From Erysipelotrichales bacterium (lineage in GTDB: Bacteria > Bacillota_I > Bacilli_A > RFN20 > CAG-826), in contig JAFLVA010000003.1 of assembly GCA_022508525.1 (NCBI GenBank), positions 39,769 to 103,768 of the forward strand: DNA of 64,000 nt, given 5' to 3'. How positions within the stretch are numbered: the stretch's first letter is position 1; the number at the start of each line of letters is the position of its first letter. This document shows, in pieces, positions 47,852 to 57,680 of this stretch. The position numbers and the translations under genes were made by a program. A model generated the notes under the pieces. It made no database searches. It had not been told where the DNA came from and was given only the letters and a program-made list of their open reading frames with translations.

Positions 47852-49396
47852 ATGAAAAGAAAATCTATTTTATTTATGTCTATAGCATTACTTGCTAGTA
47901 CGTTAGTTGGTTGTGGAACAAAAAGTAGCGAATCAACTACATCTTCAAATAGTGGTGATTCAACACCATCTGCTAGTGTGGGTTCAACATCAACCTCAAC
48001 AGAAACATCAGCCCCAACTAGTGACACACCATCTACTTCAATTCCAAATGAAGAAAAGGTTGTAACTAGTATTGAAGTTGAAAATTATCCTGACAAAACC
48101 GAATACGAAATAGGGGAAGAATTGGATTTAACAGGACTTACAATCATGGTCTATTACGCTGATGGTAGTTCAGAAGAAATTCCAGTTACAATGAGCATGA
48201 TTAAGAGCATGCCAAATATGTCAACCAGTGGAGAAAAGACTGTTGTTATTACCTATGAAGGAAAAGAAGATTCCTACAAAATAACTGTTAAAGGTGAAAA
48301 GATAGACCCAACAATTGTATTTTCAATTGAAAATGGTGCAGTCTTTACTTACGACGGAACAGGTGAAGCACCAGATATAAGTGTTATTGTTAACGAAGAT
48401 GTAAATTATGATGTATGGTTTGAAGAAGATGAAGTAAATATTGGAACTTCAATTCCTACAGTTCCAGGAACCTACGCTATTGTAGTTCAAACAGAAGAAA
48501 ACGACCTATATAACGCAATAAGTGCATTCCGTTGGTTTGTCATTAAGGCACCAACAAATAAAGTTGCACCAACCTTCACATTTACTTATGATGATAACGG
48601 AGAAGAAGTAAGTTTAGAAAATGGCGCACACTTTGTTGAAGGCAAAGTTCCAACATTAACTGCAAAAGTTAATGAAGAAGGCGTACAAATTGACGAAATA
48701 TTCTATGCAATGGATGATGGTGAAACATATTTAGGTAGTACTGCACCAACAGCTCCAGGAATATATAGTATTAATATTAAAACAATAGAGAACGAAGACT
48801 TTGAATCCAAAAGTGCATTCCGCTGGTATGTAATTGATCCAGCACCTCAAGATGGACAAATTAGTGTCCATTTAGTAGGAGATGAAGTAGTATTTGCCTA
48901 TGATGGACAACCTCATTCACCAATTTGGCATTTTGAAGATGAAGAAGGTAATGTAATAGAAGATGTTCAATATACAGTTTGGTATTCTTCTGATGATACA
49001 GGATATAATAGCGCAAATGCACCAATTGAAGCTGCATGGTATGGAATGACAATCACTATTACTGATGATGTCCATATAATGTCTGGCAATAATTGGGTGA
49101 CATTCCGTATTGAGGCAGTTGATGCAAAACCTGCACCAGATATTTCATTTAGTATTAATAATGGCGACATATTCTATTACGATGGCACAGGTGAAGCACC
49201 AGTAATTATGGCATTTGTTTTCCCAAGTGACATTGTCTTTACTACTCGTTTTGAAAAAGATGAAGTAGAAATTGAAAACAAAGTTCCAACAGAGCCGGGT
49301 ACATATGCTTTTGTTTGTGAAACAGAAGAAACTGATGAATACAGAGCACACAAAGCCTGGGTTATATTTACAATTGCAACACCTGAATCAGATTGA
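47852..49396 (+). CDS. Lipoprotein with Big_3 and MBG/Ig-like repeats; N-terminal part of a GH16 gene interrupted by TGA
   Basis: Lipobox STLVGCG. Ends at TGA 49394-49396, in frame with the next ORF. Confidence 0.7.
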   Translation: MKRKSILFMSIALLASTLVGCGTKSSESTTSSNSGDSTPSASVGSTSTSTETSAPTSDTPSTSIPNEEKVVTSIEVENYPDKTEYEIGEELDLTGLTIMVYYADGSSEEIPVTMSMIKSMPNMSTSGEKTVVITYEGKEDSYKITVKGEKIDPTIVFSIENGAVFTYDGTGEAPDISVIVNEDVNYDVWFEEDEVNIGTSIPTVPGTYAIVVQTEENDLYNAISAFRWFVIKAPTNKVAPTFTFTYDDNGEEVSLENGAHFVEGKVPTLTAKVNEEGVQIDEIFYAMDDGETYLGSTAPTAPGIYSINIKTIENEDFESKSAFRWYVIDPAPQDGQISVHLVGDEVVFAYDGQPHSPIWHFEDEEGNVIEDVQYTVWYSSDDTGYNSANAPIEAAWYGMTITITDDVHIMSGNNWVTFRIEAVDAKPAPDISFSINNGDIFYYDGTGEAPVIMAFVFPSDIVFTTRFEKDEVEIENKVPTEPGTYAFVCETEETDEYRAHKAWVIFTIATPESD

Positions 49397-50263
49397 ATGA
49401 CACAAGTAACGATTGTTCCTGATGTCGTGGCATTTGAGGTTGATAAATTGCCTCATGCCCCAACCTTCCATTTTGTTGATAAGAACAACAAAGTTGTGGA
49501 AGATGTTGAATACAGTATCCATTATACAAGTGAAAATAATGGGTATGACAGCGACGAAGCGCCATCTTTACCAGAATACTATGCCGCTACGATAACAGTC
49601 CTTGATGATAGATATCAATTAATTGGAAAGAATTGGATTGTATTCCATATTGATCCAAGAAAGGATGGACTAGATTATATTGTTGAAAACTTCAAACCAG
49701 TAGATGCTAGATGGGGTAATGATGGAAACGGCGGTGTCTATATGAACAACGTTTCTTTGAACGATAATAATATAACATTTAGAGTTGATGGCGAAACTCG
49801 CACAGGCGGGGCAATCGTATCAAATGATTTATATTCTCAAGGAAGTTTTGAATTTGTAGCTTCTACGAACGCAAAAAGTGGAGTGTGCATGGCTTTTTGG
49901 ACTTTCTTCTATGCAAATGCAGGAGAAATCAATAGCGAAATTGATTTTGAATTATTTGGACAAAACTCAATAATTTACTCTTCTTATACAAGTGAAGCTA
50001 TAGATAAACAAACACATGTTTACGATAATGTCGGTTTTAATATTCCAGATAACAAAATACATACTTATCGTTTTGATTGGTATGCTGGAGAAAGAGTCGA
50101 ATTTTATATTGATGAAGTATTAGTTTGTACAATTACTGAAAATGTTCCAGTTACTCCAATGAATGTATGGATTGGATCATGGTGTCCTATTTGGGCTGGT
50201 GAGCCAACTAACGAAAAATCGGAAATGACATTATACTCATTTACTTACAAAAGTTTTGATTAA
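49397..50263 (+). CDS. GH16 catalytic domain ORF lacking its own signal peptide (C-terminal part of the split gene)
   Basis: Begins inside a repeat module (VTIVPDVVAFEVDKLPHAPTFHF). Catalytic NSEIDFELFG. Confidence 0.7.
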   Translation: MTQVTIVPDVVAFEVDKLPHAPTFHFVDKNNKVVEDVEYSIHYTSENNGYDSDEAPSLPEYYAATITVLDDRYQLIGKNWIVFHIDPRKDGLDYIVENFKPVDARWGNDGNGGVYMNNVSLNDNNITFRVDGETRTGGAIVSNDLYSQGSFEFVASTNAKSGVCMAFWTFFYANAGEINSEIDFELFGQNSIIYSSYTSEAIDKQTHVYDNVGFNIPDNKIHTYRFDWYAGERVEFYIDEVLVCTITENVPVTPMNVWIGSWCPIWAGEPTNEKSEMTLYSFTYKSFD

Positions 50264-50286
50264 AGAAGAAAAGGTGTTGATATTTT

Positions 50287-51705
50287 ATGAAAAATAATAT
50301 TAAGTTTGGAACAGGAGGATTTCGCGGAATCATTGGCGAAACCTTCACCAAATATAACATTCAACTTGTAGCGCAGGCTATTTGTAATTTAATTATTGAA
50401 GAAAAGTCAACAAAACCTGTTGTTATTGGATATGATTATCGCTTTCTTTCGGATAAAGCAGCAGAATGGATGAGTGAAGTATTCGCTTATAATAATATTC
50501 CAGTGCTATTATCTAATGGTCCAGTTCCAACACCAGCAGTTATGTATATGACCAAATCATTAGAAAATGATTTTGGTGTAATGATTACTGCATCGCATAA
50601 TCCATATTACTTTAATGGAATAAAGGTATTCCAAGCTCAAGGTATGGACGCTGATGTTGATTTAACAACTAGAATTGAGAAACAATTTGATAAAATTGAA
50701 GAGGTAAATAAGAAACCTCTTGAATTAGCGATTAAAGATAAAACTGTAAAAGTTGTATCTTTCTTAACAGATTATGTTGTTTCTATCAAAAGATGGATTT
50801 CTCCGAAAGTATATGGTAGTGATATTCGTGTATTATTTGATAATTTGCATGGTGTTGGTGGAAGATCACTTACCTACATTGCAAAAGAATTAGATTTAAA
50901 AAATTTCCGTACAATTGGAAAATCCCAAGATGCGTTCTTTGGAAATAAATTACCTAATCCAACACGTGAAAATATGGAAAGTGACCGTAAATATTTGAAA
51001 AATGGAAGTTACGATTGTGTTTTAGGATTAGACTCTGATGGTGATAGATTAGGTATTTTAGATGAATGTGGTAATTATGTAGATAGCAATGAGTTATTAG
51101 CATGTATCTATTATTACTTAATTAAATATCGCGGCATGAAAGGCGATAGTGTTAAAAATTGTGCAACATCTAATTTAGTAAATAAAGTCACAGAAAAGTT
51201 CGGTTATAAATGCCATGAAGTAGATGTTGGTTTCAAAAATATCTCCGGAAAAATGAAAGAAGTAGATGCTTTACTAGGTGGAGAATCATCAGGTGGATTA
51301 ACAGTACGCGGATATCTATATGGTAAAGATTCATCTTTTGCCGCAAGTTTATTTATTGAAATGCTTGTGGTAATGGGCAAATCAGTATCAGAAATTGTTA
51401 AAGAAATTAGAGAATTTGCAGGATTTGATCACGTTATTATGGAAGATAACATTTCGTATAACAACGAAGATGTTGTCTTACATTATGTTCGTACACAAAA
51501 TATTGAATTTCCAGATAAAGTAATTAAAAGAGAACAATTCGGTAAAAACATTAAGTATCATTTTGAAAATGATTGCTGGGCATTGCTTCGTTGTTCAGGA
51601 ACAGAGCCAGTTTTAAGATTGTTCGTTGAAATGGAAACTAAAGAAAAAACACAACAATATTTGAAAATATTGAAAGATTCTGTAAAATCTGTGGACACAT
51701 TTTAA
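50287..51705 (+). CDS. Phosphohexomutase (phosphoglucomutase/phosphomannomutase family)
   Basis: Active-site TASHNP, metal loop DSDGDR, GGESSGG sugar-binding loop. Confidence 0.85.
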   Translation: MKNNIKFGTGGFRGIIGETFTKYNIQLVAQAICNLIIEEKSTKPVVIGYDYRFLSDKAAEWMSEVFAYNNIPVLLSNGPVPTPAVMYMTKSLENDFGVMITASHNPYYFNGIKVFQAQGMDADVDLTTRIEKQFDKIEEVNKKPLELAIKDKTVKVVSFLTDYVVSIKRWISPKVYGSDIRVLFDNLHGVGGRSLTYIAKELDLKNFRTIGKSQDAFFGNKLPNPTRENMESDRKYLKNGSYDCVLGLDSDGDRLGILDECGNYVDSNELLACIYYYLIKYRGMKGDSVKNCATSNLVNKVTEKFGYKCHEVDVGFKNISGKMKEVDALLGGESSGGLTVRGYLYGKDSSFAASLFIEMLVVMGKSVSEIVKEIREFAGFDHVIMEDNISYNNEDVVLHYVRTQNIEFPDKVIKREQFGKNIKYHFENDCWALLRCSGTEPVLRLFVEMETKEKTQQYLKILKDSVKSVDTF

Positions 51706-51722
51706 TAAGCGGGGAGATTATT

Positions 51723-54257
51723 ATGGTAAATAGTAGTGTTTTAGAAAAAGATGTAATGACTCTTTTTCGGAAAATTAAAAAATTAAAAAAAAGTGATACA
51801 AAGGATAGTTATCTTTTAGAAAATACTTATTTTTTAGATGATGGAAGGGTGCTTTGTGAGGACCGTACTTTTGGTGTTTCACGTTTTCCGTATGGCACGG
51901 ATGGTTTTACTTTATGGGCTTATTCTTCTGGACATATCTCAATTAATGAGTCAACATTTTATGTTGTATTACCATCAGAAGAAGGTAAAGAACCTTACCT
52001 TGCATTTTTTGCTGGCGAATTAAAAGATAATTTGTATGTACCAATTTCGCTTCTTGGTAGAGCGAAAAACCCACTTGAAAGCAATGTTGAAAGATATTGT
52101 GTATACGCTAAAGATTGTGTCTACTATTTAACCAAAACGAAAAAATGTATTTACGCTGTTAGAGCGTTTGTGACAGATGATAAAAAAGTAAGTTTTTCAA
52201 TTTTTGCTAAAAATAATAGTAAGAAGACTACAGATATATACTTATCATCTTATTTAAATTGTTTATTTAAATATTGCAATGGTGAATCAATGGAAACTAA
52301 GTGGTTTAAAAAATGTACATATGATAATGAAACATTTAGTTTTGAATCACCAGAAGATTTAGATCGTAAAACGCATGTATTAAACTTTGGTGTTGTTAAA
52401 AGAGAATTAATTAATGAACCGAATGAAATACATAATACAACTTCGCGAAGTGTTTATATGGGAAACAAAGAAAATCAATTAGTAAATTCTGTCCCACTTC
52501 GTGAAGGACATTTTAGAAGAGAAAAACTAGTTACACATTTTACTGATACTGCGATTGCAGGAGATATTTTAAAATATTCTTTAAAAAGTAACGAAATCGT
52601 AGAAGTTAATTATGTCATTAGTTTTTCACATAGTGAAAAAGAAAATTTATGTCAAAAAGATTCTTTGGTATCTTTTAAAGACATAGAAAAACTACTTTCA
52701 ATAAAAAGAAAGCAAATAGCGGTAAAAGAAAACGCTAAGTCAATGCTGAAAATTAACTTTGCTAATTGGAATACGAATAAAATAAATGCGAAAGTCCTAA
52801 ACAAATTTTTAGATTATGTCATTTATCAAACTGAATATTGTGGACTTGCGAAAAATTCAGGCGCCTTATTTTTAGGCGTGCGTGATGTCATGCAACAAAT
52901 TGAGGCAGCTTTAATTTGGAATCCTAAAGATTGTAGAGCAAAAATATTAGAAGTTTTAAGCTTTATTGACTCAAGTGGAAATCCACCAAGACAATATTCA
53001 ATTCCACCAAAAGGTAGTAATCCGCGCATGGATTTAAGAGACTTTATTGATCAAGGCGTTTGGATTATAAATACTTTGTATGCCTATTTAGCATATACGA
53101 AAGATTATAAAATTTTAGATGAAGTTATTGGCTATTATGATCGAAGAGAGGGAGGATATGCTGTTCTTTCTTCGCGCCGTGATACAGTTCTTGATCATCT
53201 TATTCAAGTTATGGACTATTTAATTAAACATATTGATCCAAAAACAAAATGCTTGAGAGCAATGTATGGAGACTGGAATGATGCATTAGATGGTCTTGGT
53301 ATTTCTTCAGATGAAAATAAGCTTTATGGTGATGGTGTATCTGTTATGGCATCATTACAGTTATACGCTAATTTAAAAGAAATGATGGAAATATTGGAAA
53401 ATACTAATAAGCACCTTGAGTTAGTAGATATTTATAAAAAAGTACGAGATGAACTACGAAGTGGCTTAAAAGATTATGCGATTGTAGAAAAAGATGGACT
53501 TAAACGAATTATTCATGGATGGGGCGAAAATCGTTCTTATCTTGTTGGTAGTTTTTGCGATTCTGATGGCAAATCCCGTAATTCATGTACAGCGAATGCA
53601 TATTATGTAATTTCTGATTTATATAAAGAAGGCTATATTAGTAAAGAAGATATATTAGAGGCTTATAAAAATCTTGATTCAAAATATGGTATAAAAACTT
53701 TTGAGCCGTATTTTGCTACTGATTGTCCTGGTGTTGGAAGAATTGTACGACTTCCAATAGGAACTGCAGAAAATGGTGCTACATATATTCATGGAGCTCT
53801 ATTTGCCGTTTTATCATTGTTCTATCTAGATGAAGAAGAATTAGCGTTTGAGCAATTGGAAAAACTATTACCACTTACTCATAAATCTTTGACAACGACA
53901 CCATTTGTTATGCCAAATTCTTATTCATACAATGAAGAAGCAGATATGGATGGAGAATCAATGTCAGATTGGTATACAGGATCTGCTAATACTTTAATTA
54001 AAATATTAGTAAAAGGCTTATTTGGCGTTAGGGTTTCACTAAATGCTATTGAAATAAAATTAAGAAAGAATTATCCGGCTCAAAATTGCTCAATGTCTTT
54101 TATGGCACAAAAGCACTATATAACCATTAATTATCGCAATGATAATAATCAACTTAGACGAGTTAGAATTAATGGTAAAGATATGGAAAATATAACAGTT
54201 GTTATAGATAAAAATTTCGAGGGCATTAAAGATATCAATATTGAGATTATAGACTAG
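51723..54257 (+). CDS. GH94-like glycoside phosphorylase (disaccharide phosphorylase; substrate unassigned)
   Basis: 844 aa. YGDWNDALDG catalytic-region motif of (alpha/alpha)6 phosphorylases. No signal peptide. Next to the mutase. Confidence 0.65.
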   Translation: MVNSSVLEKDVMTLFRKIKKLKKSDTKDSYLLENTYFLDDGRVLCEDRTFGVSRFPYGTDGFTLWAYSSGHISINESTFYVVLPSEEGKEPYLAFFAGELKDNLYVPISLLGRAKNPLESNVERYCVYAKDCVYYLTKTKKCIYAVRAFVTDDKKVSFSIFAKNNSKKTTDIYLSSYLNCLFKYCNGESMETKWFKKCTYDNETFSFESPEDLDRKTHVLNFGVVKRELINEPNEIHNTTSRSVYMGNKENQLVNSVPLREGHFRREKLVTHFTDTAIAGDILKYSLKSNEIVEVNYVISFSHSEKENLCQKDSLVSFKDIEKLLSIKRKQIAVKENAKSMLKINFANWNTNKINAKVLNKFLDYVIYQTEYCGLAKNSGALFLGVRDVMQQIEAALIWNPKDCRAKILEVLSFIDSSGNPPRQYSIPPKGSNPRMDLRDFIDQGVWIINTLYAYLAYTKDYKILDEVIGYYDRREGGYAVLSSRRDTVLDHLIQVMDYLIKHIDPKTKCLRAMYGDWNDALDGLGISSDENKLYGDGVSVMASLQLYANLKEMMEILENTNKHLELVDIYKKVRDELRSGLKDYAIVEKDGLKRIIHGWGENRSYLVGSFCDSDGKSRNSCTANAYYVISDLYKEGYISKEDILEAYKNLDSKYGIKTFEPYFATDCPGVGRIVRLPIGTAENGATYIHGALFAVLSLFYLDEEELAFEQLEKLLPLTHKSLTTTPFVMPNSYSYNEEADMDGESMSDWYTGSANTLIKILVKGLFGVRVSLNAIEIKLRKNYPAQNCSMSFMAQKHYITINYRNDNNQLRRVRINGKDMENITVVIDKNFEGIKDINIEIID

Positions 54258-54268
54258 AGGATTGAATT

Positions 54269-54988
54269 ATGAAGTTATTTATAATGCCAGAACAAGAGAT
54301 TAATGATGCAGTTTCAAATCAAATTGTAGCTCTAATTAATAATAAACCTAATTGCATTTTAGGCCTTGCAACAGGTGGAACACCAGTTGGAGTTTATGAA
54401 CAACTAATCAAAAAGTTTCAAAATAACGAAGTATCATTTAAAAATGTGCGAACTTATAATTTGGATGAATACGTTGGGTTAAACAGCGAAAACGAACAAT
54501 CATATCATTATTTCATGAAAAAAGTTTTATTTAATTATATAGATATTGACTTAGATAATACACATGTTCCGGATGGTGAAAATGTTGAAAAATCTATAAA
54601 AAGTTATGATGAAGATATACAAAATGCAGGTGGTATTGATTTGCAAATATTGGGTATTGGAAGTAATGGACATATTGCTTTTAATGAACCGGGTACACCA
54701 TTTGATACGTTGACGCATGTTGTAAATTTAAAAGAGTCTACGATACGTGATAATTCAAGATTTTTCAAAAACATTAATGAAGTGCCTCGTCAATCAATCA
54801 CCATGGGATTAGCGTCAATAATGAAAGCAAAAAAAATTGTTTTAATTGCTAAAGGCGAAAGAAAAGCTGAAGTAATTAGAAAGTTATTTCAAGAAGAACA
54901 AAGCGAAGATTTGCCTGCATCAATTTTAAAGACACACCCAAATGTCGAAATATACTGTGATAATTTAGCGGCAAAATACTTAAAGTAA
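54269..54988 (+). CDS. nagB: Glucosamine-6-phosphate deaminase
   Basis: LGLATGGTPVGVY, GIGSNGHIAFNEPG. Confidence 0.9.
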   Translation: MKLFIMPEQEINDAVSNQIVALINNKPNCILGLATGGTPVGVYEQLIKKFQNNEVSFKNVRTYNLDEYVGLNSENEQSYHYFMKKVLFNYIDIDLDNTHVPDGENVEKSIKSYDEDIQNAGGIDLQILGIGSNGHIAFNEPGTPFDTLTHVVNLKESTIRDNSRFFKNINEVPRQSITMGLASIMKAKKIVLIAKGERKAEVIRKLFQEEQSEDLPASILKTHPNVEIYCDNLAAKYLK

Positions 54989-54996
54989 GGAGATAA

Positions 54997-56151
54997 ATGG
55001 ATATGTTCGGATTTAAAAATGCGAATGTTTATGTAGAAGGTAAAGGCATAATAAAAATATGTTTACAAATTGAAAATGGAAAGTTTTCATCGTTTTTAGA
55101 TTCGAATTTACTTGTAGAATTAAAAGATGATTTAATTATTGTGCCGGGATTTATTGATGAGCATATTCATGGTGCGAATGGTTCGGACGTAATGGATGGA
55201 ACTATAGATGATTTATTAAATATTTCTAGGGCTATTTCTAGAGATGGTGTGACAAGTTTTCTTGCAACCACTATGACTATGGAAGAAGAAAAAATTTGTA
55301 AAGCTTTAGATAATATTCATAATTTTATGAAAGAAGAACATGATGGCTCTACAATCCTTGGAGTTCATTTAGAAGGACCATTTATATCTAAAAAGTATTG
55401 TGGTGCTCAAGATCCAAGTAATATTCAAAAACCTTCTATTGCTGCTATAGAAAAATATATTAGTGCTTCAGGTCAAAAAATAAAAATGGTTACCTTGGCG
55501 TATGAAGAATGTGAAGATGGTTTTATTAAATATCTTAATGAAAAAGATATAGTGCCAAGTATTGGACATAGTGATTGTACAAGTGATTTATTAAAAAAAG
55601 GAATTGTGGAAGGTATAAAGTCTTCTACACATACTTATAACGCAATGAGAGGCATTCACCACCGCGATATTGGAATTGTTGGTGAAGTAATGCTCAATGA
55701 AAATGTATATGCTGAATTAATTTGTGATCTTCATCATGTTAGTGAAGATGCGATAAAACTTCTTTATAAATGTAAAGGAAAAGACAAAATTATTCTTATT
55801 ACTGATTCTATGGAAGCAAGATATCTTAATGATGGAATTTATTCCTTAGGAGGACAAGAAGTTTTTGTTTCAAATGAAACAGCTAGACTTAAAGATGGAA
55901 CACTTGCAGGTTCTATCTTAAGAATGAACGATGCAATTAGAAATATTCAGCAAGTTTTGAATATTTCTTTAGAAGATGCAGTTGATATGGCAAGTATCAA
56001 TCCTGCGAAGAATTTGAAAATTCATAATAGAAAGGGATCTATTGCAATTAATAAAGATGCCGATTTTGTCATTGTTGATAAATATTTAAACGTATATGCC
56101 ACTTTTGTAAATGGCAAACAAATATATAAAGGAGAAAACTATGAAAAGTAA
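54997..56151 (+). CDS. nagA: N-acetylglucosamine-6-phosphate deacetylase
   Basis: PGFIDEHIHG, HLEGPF, GHSD, amidohydrolase pattern. Confidence 0.88.
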   Translation: MDMFGFKNANVYVEGKGIIKICLQIENGKFSSFLDSNLLVELKDDLIIVPGFIDEHIHGANGSDVMDGTIDDLLNISRAISRDGVTSFLATTMTMEEEKICKALDNIHNFMKEEHDGSTILGVHLEGPFISKKYCGAQDPSNIQKPSIAAIEKYISASGQKIKMVTLAYEECEDGFIKYLNEKDIVPSIGHSDCTSDLLKKGIVEGIKSSTHTYNAMRGIHHRDIGIVGEVMLNENVYAELICDLHHVSEDAIKLLYKCKGKDKIILITDSMEARYLNDGIYSLGGQEVFVSNETARLKDGTLAGSILRMNDAIRNIQQVLNISLEDAVDMASINPAKNLKIHNRKGSIAINKDADFVIVDKYLNVYATFVNGKQIYKGENYEK

Positions 56152-57667
56152 AAGATTGTTGTTGGCTTTATTAGGCGTAATGCTAGTCTCTTGTGGACGT
56201 CACACAAATAGTACAAGTACAAGCGTTGGACAAGATTCTAGTAGTACTAATCCAAGTGTTTCTACTACTACACCTAAAGAATTAGTGTATGATGCAAATT
56301 TGCCAGAAGTTAAAGATGATGGATACGAATTTGCAAAAAAATCTTATGCAGATTTTCCTACTAATTTAGTAGAAACTAGTGGACTTACTTATGAATTGAG
56401 TGAAGACGAAACTTATTATAAAGTAAGTGGCAAGACAAGTTTTTATGGTGATGTTCTTGTAATTCCAAGTTTTCATAATGGTTTACCGGTCAAAGAAATC
56501 GTAAATGATGCTTTTGCGGAAAAGGTACGTTTAAAAGAAGTATATATTCCAGAAACAATTGAAAAACTTGGTGCTGGAGTATTTAACTGCACACCATTAC
56601 TAGAAAAAGTGTATTACAATGCAAAAAATGTTGCTGATTTGCAAGGAAAAAACTGGGCGTTTTTACCGGTCGATAAGGCTACAAATAAAATTGACGTTTA
56701 TTTTGGACCAAGTGTAGAAAAAATACCAAATAGACTTTTCTATCCATTATCTACTGATCCAGATAGAATTCCATATATAAAAAATATTTACTTTTCAGAA
56801 AATTCTAAACTAAAAACTATTGGTGAATATGCTTTCTATAAATCAAGTAATGCAATTATTCATGACTTACCTGATACTATAGAGTCCATTGGTAATTATG
56901 CTTTTTATGAAGGAAAAACAGAAAATCTAGATTTGCCAGTATCATTAAAGAATATTGGACAATTTGCTTTTGCCTTTAATGAGGACTTAAAACGCGTTAA
57001 TTTCCATGAGGATTTAGAAGTTGTAGGTGAGCATGCTTTCTATAATTGCCGTAAGTTGACTAAAGTAGATTTATCTAAAACTAAAATAGAAGTTTTAGGA
57101 TCTAGCAGTTTTAGAAATTGTGAATCACTAAATAAAGTCTTATTTCCAAGTACTTTAAATAAGATTGATAAGCGTGCCTTTGAAAACGCCGGCTTAGAAG
57201 TTGTTGATTTACCAAATAATTTAGAAATTGTTGGAGAAAATGCTTTTATAGGATGTCATAGTTTAGTAGCAATTAAATTAAATTCTTCATTAAAAACAAT
57301 TTATAATGGTGCTTTTGAAGACGCGATTAATGTTACTAAATTAGTGGTGAATTCTATAGAATTAGAAGACTTTGGACCTAGTAATAAGATTTTCTCAAGA
57401 TTAGGACAAAACACAAATGGAGTGGAAGTAATATTTATGGAAACAGTTAAAAGAATTCCACAAAGAATGTTCTTCCCTAATGCGAATGAAGATTTGGATC
57501 CTAACATCAAAAGAGTCGTACTTCTTAAGACTATTGAAGAAATTGGAGATTATGCTTTCTATGAACTTAGTGTTGGAAAGATTGATTATGAAGGCAATGA
57601 AGAGCAATTACAAAATATAAATATGGGCAACAACATTCTTACAAATGTAGAATGTTATAACAATTAA
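56141..57667 (+). CDS. BspA-type leucine-rich-repeat lipoprotein
   Basis: Lipobox VMLVSCG. Repeated ..I(G/E)..AF..C..L..V.LP..L..I.. units. AAAGGAG RBS before ATG 56141 (track start 56111 unlikely). Confidence 0.75.
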   Translation: MKSKRLLLALLGVMLVSCGRHTNSTSTSVGQDSSSTNPSVSTTTPKELVYDANLPEVKDDGYEFAKKSYADFPTNLVETSGLTYELSEDETYYKVSGKTSFYGDVLVIPSFHNGLPVKEIVNDAFAEKVRLKEVYIPETIEKLGAGVFNCTPLLEKVYYNAKNVADLQGKNWAFLPVDKATNKIDVYFGPSVEKIPNRLFYPLSTDPDRIPYIKNIYFSENSKLKTIGEYAFYKSSNAIIHDLPDTIESIGNYAFYEGKTENLDLPVSLKNIGQFAFAFNEDLKRVNFHEDLEVVGEHAFYNCRKLTKVDLSKTKIEVLGSSSFRNCESLNKVLFPSTLNKIDKRAFENAGLEVVDLPNNLEIVGENAFIGCHSLVAIKLNSSLKTIYNGAFEDAINVTKLVVNSIELEDFGPSNKIFSRLGQNTNGVEVIFMETVKRIPQRMFFPNANEDLDPNIKRVVLLKTIEEIGDYAFYELSVGKIDYEGNEEQLQNINMGNNILTNVECYNN

Positions 57668-57680
57668 GGAGGTAGAAAAA

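Noticed and set aside
56111-56140. Track start of the LRR lipoprotein inside the end of nagA.
   Set aside because: AAAGGAG RBS and the signal peptide/lipobox start at ATG 56141.
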